This document shows, in pieces, positions 57,415 through 64,000 of a stretch of DNA of 64,000 nucleotides (its first letter is position 1; every line of letters begins with the position of its first letter). The translations under genes and the position numbers were made by a program. The DNA comes from Elusimicrobiota bacterium (lineage in GTDB: Bacteria > Elusimicrobiota > Elusimicrobia > UBA1565 > UBA9628), in NCBI GenBank assembly GCA_016191335.1, contig JACPOW010000043.1, positions 3,704-67,703 on the forward strand. Reading direction: 5' to 3'. The notes below the pieces were generated by a model. The model saw nothing but the letters and a program-made list of their open reading frames with translations, had not been told where the DNA came from and searched no databases.

Positions 57415-58539
57415 ATGAAATCGAGACGATCGGCGTTGGCATTCCTCTGCGCCTTCTCCTTGGGCATTCCCGGACCCGTCCAAGCGGGCCCCTCCGAGAT
57501 CTCCGATAAATTGGAGAAGCTGGCGCAAAGCCTCGTCTCGGGATATCAAAAGACGGGGACAGGAGGCCGGGAATCCCTCGCAGTATTCCGATTCAACACC
57601 AATGACAGACTGGCGAAAGAGCGCACGGGCTTCGCCGTCGCGGAACTCCTGACTCATCAACTCGTGACGGCTCCCGCCTTCACCGTCGTCGAAAGGACCG
57701 AGCTCGAACGCATCCTGACCGAACAGCGGCTGCAGGCGGCAGCGGCGATCGACCCCGACAGCGCGGTCAAAGTCGGCAAGCTCCTCGGCGCGCGCCTCCT
57801 CGTCCTGGGAAGCGTCGAAAAAGTGGGCGGGAAGTACTCCGTGAACGCCCGCATCGTTGAAACCGAAACGGGCCGGGTCCTGAGCACCGGCTATGAGGAG
57901 CTCCCCGCGAGACTCTTCGAAGAGGAAGCCAAGCCGTATCTGGCCCTGGTCCCCGAACGCCAGGCGATCGGGTTCTACCTCCTTTACAACTATCGGCGCA
58001 ACGCGAACCGCCTCCCCAGCCAGTCGCACCAGCAATCGGTCGGCTGCGTGACGCCCGGCGCCTGTCCGGTTTCGATCGCGCCGCAGGCATTCTCGATGGG
58101 CATGATCGGCGGAGGTGTTCGCTACAGTCCTACTTCACGTTGGCTCATCGACGCGAGCGTCTCGGCGCTCGCCGGCGGCGCGAGATTCGCTTCGACCAGC
58201 AACGCCGCCGCGTTCTCCGGAGAACTCCAGAGCGGCGATGTCATCCAGATTCGAGCGACGATCAACCGCGTCCTTCCCATCCGCGGCGCCGTCCGGGGCA
58301 TGGTCGGAGCGGGCCTCAGCAGCTATCAGATCTCGTCGAACAACCTCGAGTTCAAGGCCGCCGTGGTCCCCTCGATCCGAGGCGGCATCGAGTACAAGCC
58401 GCAGCCGCGGCTCGGCCTCGGCTTGTTCGTGAATTATGACTTTCTCAATACGAAGGGGATCGACCGGACGCTCCCGGGGTCCGGCGTCCTCGAATTGAAC
58501 CGGCTGTCGTTCGAGCCGACGGTCGCGGTCTATTTCTAG
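57415..58539 (+). CDS. outer-membrane protein: CsgG/LpoB-like periplasmic domain fused to a C-terminal beta-barrel
   Basis: C-terminal 374 aa of listed ORF 56818..58539. Signal LAFLCAFSLGIPGPVQA. LAVFRFNTND...VVERTELERILTEQRLQ...GKLLGARLLVLGSVEKVGGKYSVNARIVETETGRVL. Alternating-strand C-terminus ending VAVYF. Confidence 0.65.
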   Translation: MKSRRSALAFLCAFSLGIPGPVQAGPSEISDKLEKLAQSLVSGYQKTGTGGRESLAVFRFNTNDRLAKERTGFAVAELLTHQLVTAPAFTVVERTELERILTEQRLQAAAAIDPDSAVKVGKLLGARLLVLGSVEKVGGKYSVNARIVETETGRVLSTGYEELPARLFEEEAKPYLALVPERQAIGFYLLYNYRRNANRLPSQSHQQSVGCVTPGACPVSIAPQAFSMGMIGGGVRYSPTSRWLIDASVSALAGGARFASTSNAAAFSGELQSGDVIQIRATINRVLPIRGAVRGMVGAGLSSYQISSNNLEFKAAVVPSIRGGIEYKPQPRLGLGLFVNYDFLNTKGIDRTLPGSGVLELNRLSFEPTVAVYF

Positions 58540-58540
58540 C

Positions 58541-59119
58541 ATGCCGAAACGAATCTTCCTCGCCGCCGCCGTTCTCGCGATGACCGCCTGTCACGCGTCG
58601 AAGGTCCCCGAGAAACCCCTCCTCAAGCGCGATGCCTTCCCCGGCGGGAAGATCGAGGTTTCGACCATCGAGGCCCCCGAGCGGCATCAATCCCCCATCG
58701 TCCTCAGCATCCTTCCGCTCCAGCACAACGGCTCGGATAAGGCCCTGGATTCGAGGGGCGTCGCCCTCGCGGATGTGATCGCGGCGAGATTGGCCCCCGA
58801 CCGGCACTTCAAGCTGGTCGAACGCCAACGGATCGAGGACATATTCAAGGAGCTTCAATTGGGCGACGTAGGCCCGGTGGACCAGAAGACCGCCGTCAGG
58901 ATCGGCGGAATGCTGGGCGCCAACGTGATCGCCCTCGGGAGCTTCTCGGTCCTGGGCGGCTCGCCCATCGTCGCCATGCGCCTGGTCAAGGTGGAAACGG
59001 GCGAAGTCGTGGGCGGCGTCACGGAGCGAGGAGACGATGCCGCTCAACTCGACCGCCTCGCCGAGAAAGCGGCGACGCGTTTGGGCGACGCCCTGTCGCA
59101 TCCCAAACCTCAGCCGTAG
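58541..59119 (+). CDS. lipoprotein with CsgG/LpoB-like domain (paralog of the preceding N-domain)
   Basis: 192 aa. Lipobox LAMTAC. LSILPLQHNG...LVERQRIEDIFKELQLG...GGMLGANVIALGSFSVLGGSPIVAMRLVKVETGEVV. Confidence 0.65.
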   Translation: MPKRIFLAAAVLAMTACHASKVPEKPLLKRDAFPGGKIEVSTIEAPERHQSPIVLSILPLQHNGSDKALDSRGVALADVIAARLAPDRHFKLVERQRIEDIFKELQLGDVGPVDQKTAVRIGGMLGANVIALGSFSVLGGSPIVAMRLVKVETGEVVGGVTERGDDAAQLDRLAEKAATRLGDALSHPKPQP

Positions 59120-59134
59120 GATCCCCGAGGCCGA

Positions 59135-59392
59135 TCACCGGCGGCGAAAGGGCCCGGCGGGGTTGCGCACCGGCATCTCGGAGACGGCGCGCCGGTAGTA
59201 GACGCCGAAGGCGATCATCCAGAGCACGACGATCGCGGCCGCGATTCCCCGCCCGATCCAGGGGTTGAACTCCGTGGGCGGCGGCAAGGTCAGGCTCTCG
59301 AGCTTCTTCTTGAACTTGGCGAAGATGACCCCGCAGGCGGGGCAGTCCGTCGCGCCGGCCGCCGCCTCGACGCCGCAGTTCGGGCATTTCAT
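59135..59392 (-). CDS. zinc-ribbon protein with one TM helix
   Basis: 85 aa. MKCPNCG...DCPACGVIFAKF, then IAAAIVVLWMIAFGVYY. TATACT 7 nt upstream of the ATG. Confidence 0.65.
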   Translation of the reverse strand: MKCPNCGVEAAAGATDCPACGVIFAKFKKKLESLTLPPPTEFNPWIGRGIAAAIVVLWMIAFGVYYRRAVSEMPVRNPAGPFRRR

Positions 59393-59399
59393 CCCGGCC

Positions 59400-59405
59400 A
59401 GTATA
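59400..59405 (-). promoter_or_regulatory. -10 box TATACT, 7 nt upstream of ATG 59392
   Basis: Read from the sequence. Confidence 0.45.
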
Positions 59406-59439
59406 CAAAAAGCGCATATGGAGCATACGCTTTCTCGCC

Positions 59440-59468
59440 TTGTCGGGCCCCCGGTCAGGTGTTATACT
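59440..59468 (+). promoter_or_regulatory. promoter TTGTCG-17-TGt-TATACT, 9 nt upstream of ATG 59478
   Basis: Read from the sequence. Confidence 0.5.
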
Positions 59469-59477
59469 GGGAGTCAC

Positions 59478-60431
59478 ATGCCCGACGCGACCACCCCGGC
59501 CCCCGACTGGATCGAGGTTCCATTCCGCGCCCTCAAGGAGCACGAGGGCCTGCGCCTGGATACCTTCCTGGCCGCGCGCCTGGGCAAGAAATACTCGCGC
59601 GTCGCCGTGCAGAAGCTCATCGACGACGGCCTCGTCACCCGGGCGTCGCGCCCGGTCAAGGCGTCGGCCCGCGTGGGCGAGGGCGAGACCGTCCTCATCC
59701 GCTACCGGCGCGTGGCCGAGCCTCCGGTCCCGCACGAGACCATGCCGGTGCTCTTCCAGGACGACCGCATCGTCGTCATCTCCAAGCCCGGCGGCACCCT
59801 CAGCCACCCGACCGACAAGGTGCTCCACAACACCGTGACGCATCTCCTCGCCAAGCAGCTCGGCCGGAAGGTGTACCTCTCCCACCGCCTCGACCGCGAG
59901 ACCAGCGGCGCGATGGTCCTGGCCCTCGACGTGGACGCCGCTCGGAGCCTCTACGAGCAGTTCGTCGGACGCGGCGTGAAGAAGGAGTATCTCGCGGTCG
60001 TGTTCGGCGCGGTCGAGTGGGACCACAAGACCGTCGACGCGCCCCTCGGCGAGGAGGGCAAGGCGATCCGGGTACGCCGAGCCGTGGGCGGGGCCAACGG
60101 GCAGAGCGCGGTCACCGAGTTTCGACGGATCAAAACGGATGGGCGGCTCTCGCTCGTCTCGGCCCTGCCGCGCACCGGACGCCTCCATCAGATCCGCGCG
60201 CATCTGGCCCACATCGATCATCCGCTCGTCGGCGACAAGCTGTACTGCGGCGACGGCGAGGTGTACATGAAGGCGGTGCGCAAGGAGGTCTCCCGCGCCG
60301 ACCTCGACGCGCTCGGCGCCGACCGCCAGCTCCTGCACGCCTGGCGCCTGTCGTTCGAGCATCCCGGCGACGGCCGCCCGCTCTCCTTCGAGGCGCCCGT
60401 CCCCGCCGACTTCCCCCTGAGGCCCTCATGA
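59478..60431 (+). CDS. RluA-family 23S rRNA/tRNA pseudouridine synthase (S4 domain + catalytic domain)
   Basis: Trimmed to ATG 59478. HRLDRETSGAMVLA catalytic Asp motif and LHQIRAHLAHIDHPLVGD. Confidence 0.9.
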   Translation: MPDATTPAPDWIEVPFRALKEHEGLRLDTFLAARLGKKYSRVAVQKLIDDGLVTRASRPVKASARVGEGETVLIRYRRVAEPPVPHETMPVLFQDDRIVVISKPGGTLSHPTDKVLHNTVTHLLAKQLGRKVYLSHRLDRETSGAMVLALDVDAARSLYEQFVGRGVKKEYLAVVFGAVEWDHKTVDAPLGEEGKAIRVRRAVGGANGQSAVTEFRRIKTDGRLSLVSALPRTGRLHQIRAHLAHIDHPLVGDKLYCGDGEVYMKAVRKEVSRADLDALGADRQLLHAWRLSFEHPGDGRPLSFEAPVPADFPLRPS

Positions 60432-61549
60432 AAGCCGCCCACAAAGGCTACAACCCCGTGATCAAGGACGGCGTCGCCTACGTCCAGTTCGCCTACGACG
60501 TGGGGCTTTCCATCGGCCTCGACGCCGCGGAGAAGAGCGTCACCGCCTCGACGGAGCGCGCGCCCATCCGCCACCAGCGCCGCGCCCCGAAGTACTTCGA
60601 GTTCCAGCCCTACCCTCTGCGCGTGACGCAGACGACCGGGATCCAGGAGATCGGCGAGTGGCGGACCCTGCCGGCCGTCGAGACCGTGGTCTTCGACTTC
60701 GGCGCCGTCAGCGTGACCTACCAGATCCCCCTCTCCGGGCCCTTCTCCGACCTGGCCCGCCTCTCCGAGCTGCTCTACGACAACGAGCCGCTCCTCAAGG
60801 ACAGCCGGCGCCTCGTCGAGGAGCTGATCAAGACCATCCACCCCTCCGTGAACCGGCCGCAGATCTCCGCGTTCTACGAGGACTACGTCGTCTTCCAGAT
60901 CCGCGCCTTCGACGACCACGGCGCGCACGCGCGCCTGCTCGCGGAGGCCCCGACCTCGGTCGCGCAGGTCCTGCGCGCCGACGTCGACCTGCGCTCCGAG
61001 CAGGAGGTGGTCGACGCCCTCTCCGTCCAGGTCTCCTACGGCTCCGAGGACCTGACCCTCGTGGACTGGGTCGCGGCGATCGTCTTCGCCACCACGGCCG
61101 ACGACACGCGCGCGGTGCTGGAGTTCGCGACGGTGCAGCTCCTCGAGCTGCGCCACCTCGACCACCAGCTCGACACCGCGCTCGAGAGCTACTACGACGC
61201 GCTGACCCACAGCCCGAAGGGGCCCTTCAGCCTGTTCACCAAGGCGGACGACAAGCTGCGCGAGATCGGCCAGCTCCAGGTGGAGAGCGCCGTCCTCTTC
61301 GAGAACATCAACAACGCCATCAAGCTCCTCGGCGACCAGTACCTCGCGCGCCTGTACCAGCAGGCCGCCCGCCGCTACCACCTCAACGCCTGGGACAAGA
61401 GCATCCAGCGCAAGCTCAAGACCCTGGAGAGCATCTACGACAAGATGGAGTCCGCGCTCTCCTCGGCGCGACTCGAGTTCCTCGAGTGGATCGTCATCAT
61501 CCTCATCGGCATCGAGGTCGTCATGCCCTTCATCAAAGGGAAGCACTGA
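60428..61549 (+). CDS. RMD1/DUF155-like protein with C-terminal TM helix
   Basis: C-terminal 373 aa of listed ORF 59459..61549. ATGA overlap with the preceding stop. The tail ...SARLEFLEWIVIILIGIEVVMPF and VVFDFGAVSVTY recall DUF155. Confidence 0.5.
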   Translation: MKAAHKGYNPVIKDGVAYVQFAYDVGLSIGLDAAEKSVTASTERAPIRHQRRAPKYFEFQPYPLRVTQTTGIQEIGEWRTLPAVETVVFDFGAVSVTYQIPLSGPFSDLARLSELLYDNEPLLKDSRRLVEELIKTIHPSVNRPQISAFYEDYVVFQIRAFDDHGAHARLLAEAPTSVAQVLRADVDLRSEQEVVDALSVQVSYGSEDLTLVDWVAAIVFATTADDTRAVLEFATVQLLELRHLDHQLDTALESYYDALTHSPKGPFSLFTKADDKLREIGQLQVESAVLFENINNAIKLLGDQYLARLYQQAARRYHLNAWDKSIQRKLKTLESIYDKMESALSSARLEFLEWIVIILIGIEVVMPFIKGKH

Positions 61550-61560
61550 GCGCGAAGCGC

Positions 61561-61566
61561 TATAAT
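61561..61566 (+). promoter_or_regulatory. -10 box TATAAT, 9 nt upstream of HAD ATG 61576
   Basis: Read from the sequence. Confidence 0.4.
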
Positions 61567-61575
61567 CTCGGACCC

Positions 61576-62175
61576 ATGGCGATCAAGGCCGTCTTCTTCG
61601 ATATCGGCAACGTGCTGCTGCGCTTCTCCAACAAGCGCATCCTGCGCAAGTTCGCCTGGGCCGTCGGCCGCCACCCGGTCAAGGTCGCCCGCCTCGTCTG
61701 GAAGGGCCGCATCGTCGACCGCATCGAGCGAGGCGAGGTCACCGGCGAGGAGATCCACGCCCTGTTCGTCAGCGAGCTCGGCTACAAGGGCGACTATGCC
61801 CGGTTCAAGACCCTGTGGTGCGACCACTTCACGCTCGACCGCGGCTCCTTCGCGGTGCTCAAGAGCCTGTCCGGGAAGCTGCCGACCTACCTGCTCTCCA
61901 ACACCAACGCCCTGCACATCGAGCACATCCGCGCGCGCTACGCGTTCCCGGCGATCGTCAAAGGGGCCATCCTCTCGCACGAGCTCAAGCTGCGCAAGCC
62001 GCAGCTCGAGATCTACGAGGCCGCGCTCAAGCTCTCCGGCACCGCGCCGGAGGAGACCGTCTTCATCGACGACCTCGAGGAGAACTGCGCGGGCGCGCGC
62101 AAGGCCGGCCTGCACGCCATCCGCTACCGCGGGGCCAAGGACCTGAAGAAACGACTGGGGGCATTGGGACTATGA
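61576..62175 (+). CDS. HAD-IA family hydrolase
   Basis: C-terminal 199 aa of listed ORF 60658..62175. AVFFDIGNVLL motif I, LLSNTN motif II, FIDDLEEN motif IV. Confidence 0.8.
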   Translation: MAIKAVFFDIGNVLLRFSNKRILRKFAWAVGRHPVKVARLVWKGRIVDRIERGEVTGEEIHALFVSELGYKGDYARFKTLWCDHFTLDRGSFAVLKSLSGKLPTYLLSNTNALHIEHIRARYAFPAIVKGAILSHELKLRKPQLEIYEAALKLSGTAPEETVFIDDLEENCAGARKAGLHAIRYRGAKDLKKRLGALGL

Positions 62176-62627
62176 AACGGATCGCTCTGATCGCCGCGCT
62201 CGCGCTCGCCGCGTGCGGGAACGCCGGGGGCAAGGGCGGCTACGACGCCTCCCGCGACGCCGCCGCCGACGTCAAGAACGCCCTCGCGCAGGCCCGGGCC
62301 GGGCACAAGCGCGTGCTCATCGAGGCCGGCGGGAACTGGTGCTCGTGGTGCAAGATCATGGACCGGTTCTTCGACGACCACGCCGAGCTCGCCGCGCTGC
62401 GCGACAAGAACTTCGTCACGGTCAAGGTCAGCGTGGAGTCCGGCGGGCCGGTGCCCGCCGCCCTCGCGTCCTACCCCGCCCCCGCCGGGTTCCCCCACCT
62501 GTACGTCCTCGACGAGAACGGGACCTTGATCCAGTCCCAGAACACGGCCGAGCTCGAATCCGGCCAGAGCTACGACCTCGAGAAGTTCACCTTCTTCCTG
62601 AACGCCTTCGGGCCGCCGAAGAAGTAG
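62172..62627 (+). CDS. thioredoxin-fold lipoprotein
   Basis: C-terminal 151 aa of listed ORF 61815..62627. ATGA overlap with the preceding stop. Lipobox LALAACG. Redox motif GGNWCSWCK. Confidence 0.75.
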   Translation: MKRIALIAALALAACGNAGGKGGYDASRDAAADVKNALAQARAGHKRVLIEAGGNWCSWCKIMDRFFDDHAELAALRDKNFVTVKVSVESGGPVPAALASYPAPAGFPHLYVLDENGTLIQSQNTAELESGQSYDLEKFTFFLNAFGPPKK

Positions 62628-62631
62628 CGGG

Positions 62632-62676
62632 AACTGTTTCCGGAAACAGTCCGCCGGACTCGCACCGGTGCGAGTT
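62632..62676. repeat. palindromic element copy 4: module B (19/20) + module A (19/20)
   Basis: 62632-62651 and 62657-62676, between the convergent thioredoxin-like and EamA gene ends. Module A touches the EamA stop. Confidence 0.9.
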
Positions 62677-63557
62677 CAGGTCGGCAGGATCTCCTTCTTC
62701 CGGCCCTTGAGCAGGTCGAGCTTGGAGAGCTCCCCGGCCATCATCGCCGCGACGATGAGGCCGCCGCCGGCCGCGCGCGCGGGGACGAAGGCCTCGCCGC
62801 CGAGCGTCCAGGCGAAGGCGGCGCCGAACACGGGCTCGAGCGAGAAGATCAGGCTCACCTTGATGGGCACGGTGACCTTCTGCGCCCACATCTGGATGAA
62901 GAAGGCCGACAGGGTCGGCACGACGGCGAGGAAGGCGATGGTGCCGGCGGCGCTGTCGCCGCGCACCGCGAGGGAACGGCCCGAGACGAGGCAATACGCG
63001 AGGGCCATCAGGCCCGTCATCCAGAACTGATGGAAGGCGAGGACGACCGCGTCGGCGTCGGCGCGGACGTATTTATCGGTCGCGAGGAGGTGGCCGGCGT
63101 AGGTGGCCGCGGCGACCAACGTAATAACATCACCGAAATTAACGGAAGAGATGCCCCCGGTCAGCATCCACAACCCCAACAGAGCGAGAACGGATGACAC
63201 CCATTGAACGATGGTCGGGGACTTGCGGAAGAACATCAACAGGAATAACGGGACGAAGATGACGAATAGACCCGTGATGAACCCCGAATTCGACGCAGAC
63301 GTGAAGCCGAGGCCTATGGTCTGCGTCGTATACAGCAAAAACAACAAAACGGCGAGGATCAGGGACTCTTTCAGATGACGGCCTCGTCCGGGGCGGACGA
63401 GCGCCCACGGCGCCAGAAGAAGCGCTGACAGCAGAAAACGATGGCATACCATGGCCACGGGATCGACGCCCTGAAGGGCGTCCTTGACCATATAGAACGT
63501 CGCGCCCCATACCGCGGCGCAGTAGACGAGACCGAGGTCAGCCCAGAGAGGGGACAC
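62676..63557 (-). CDS. DMT superfamily (EamA-like) transporter
   Basis: 293 aa, 10 TM, two EamA repeats. The 5' half (about 63.1-63.4 kb) is only about 52% GC. Confidence 0.8.
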   Translation of the reverse strand: MSPLWADLGLVYCAAVWGATFYMVKDALQGVDPVAMVCHRFLLSALLLAPWALVRPGRGRHLKESLILAVLLFLLYTTQTIGLGFTSASNSGFITGLFVIFVPLFLLMFFRKSPTIVQWVSSVLALLGLWMLTGGISSVNFGDVITLVAAATYAGHLLATDKYVRADADAVVLAFHQFWMTGLMALAYCLVSGRSLAVRGDSAAGTIAFLAVVPTLSAFFIQMWAQKVTVPIKVSLIFSLEPVFGAAFAWTLGGEAFVPARAAGGGLIVAAMMAGELSKLDLLKGRKKEILPT

Positions 63558-64000
63558 GGGAGCCGCGCGCCGGGGTGTTCTTGGCGCAGTAGACGAGGTT
63601 GACGAAGGTCATCGCGCGGGTCATCGCGCCGATGCGGTTGTCGGGGGCGGTGAGGAAGGAGGCGACGCCGTCGAGCGCCTTCGCGTCGACGTTGCCCTGG
63701 TAGGAGACGTCGACGACGGCGGCGCCCTTCTTGACCCACGACGGGTCGAGCTTGAAGGACGGGTCCGGCACGGCGGTGACGAGGATGTCGGCGCGGCGCA
63801 CCTGCTCCTCGAGCAGGGCGCGCGGGGTCTTGTCGTAGCACTTCACCACGGTGGCCCCCAGGTTCTCGAGCATCAGGCCGAGCGGCTTGCCCACGCGCAT
63901 GGAGTTGTTGACCACGACGGCGAAGGCGCCCTCGACCGGGATCTCGGGGTAGGCCAGGAGGATCTTCACGACGGCCTTGGCGGTCGCGGGCACCACGCAC
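63538..64000 (-). CDS. folD: FolD-like methylenetetrahydrofolate dehydrogenase/cyclohydrolase, C-terminal NAD(P)-binding part (5' end beyond window)
   Basis: VPATAKAVVKILLAY...VVVNNSMRVGKPLGLML...ADILVTAV...GAAVVDV aligns by eye to the FolD Rossmann half. Divergent near the C-terminus. Confidence 0.6.
   Translation of the reverse strand, partial: CVVPATAKAVVKILLAYPEIPVEGAFAVVVNNSMRVGKPLGLMLENLGATVVKCYDKTPRALLEEQVRRADILVTAVPDPSFKLDPSWVKKGAAVVDVSYQGNVDAKALDGVASFLTAPDNRIGAMTRAMTFVNLVYCAKNTPARGSRVPSLG

Overview
High-GC bacterial chromosomal window, about 68-70% GC by eye with local dips to 45-58% in hand-counted 60-nt lines. It is almost fully coding. I call 66 protein genes and found no rRNA, tRNA, CRISPR array, transposase or integrase. 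The six-frame track is dominated by GC-driven shadow ORFs, so I picked real genes by recognisable motifs, start/stop coupling and amino-acid composition. Several starts were trimmed and two genes were added that the track lacks: a TPR protein at 1..1583(-) and a 59-aa DUF5989-like gene at 53845..54024(-). The backbone is housekeeping operons. On the minus strand: HNH-nnrD-tsaE-tsaB-rimI-TPR, and hpt-ftsH-folP-glmM-pdxJ-glmS-acpS-AstE-like. On the plus strand: infC-rpmI-rplT-pheS-pheT-ZapB-like-zapA-rarA. Also present are xseA-xseB, rimO, an RluA-family synthase and a folD-like gene. Accessory content: (1) an arsM-arsS-glycosyltransferase-like cassette; (2) a short divergent form IV RuBisCO-like protein beside a TauE/SafE exporter; (3) a TumE/DUF6516-like toxin-antitoxin pair; (4) three very large enzymes (tandem GGDEF; EEP phosphoesterase + LOG-like; PlsC + acyl-ACP synthetase, Aas-like) that share an unusual signal-peptide plus VPSL-motif Pro/Ala-rich leader; (5) a TetR-TolC-RND operon with no adaptor gene; (6) a carbamoyltransferase cluster; (7) a CsgG/LpoB-like domain fused to a beta-barrel. 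Two non-coding signals stand out. One is a modular family of perfect GC-rich palindromes centred on CCGG at five gene ends. The other is a -10 box, often TGn-extended, placed only 5-9 nt upstream of the start codon of about 18 operon-leading genes, which implies widespread leaderless mRNAs. TolC, barrel OMPs and lipoproteins indicate a diderm. The lineage is not determinable from sequence alone; Elusimicrobia-like is only a guess, based on a pilin-type motif.
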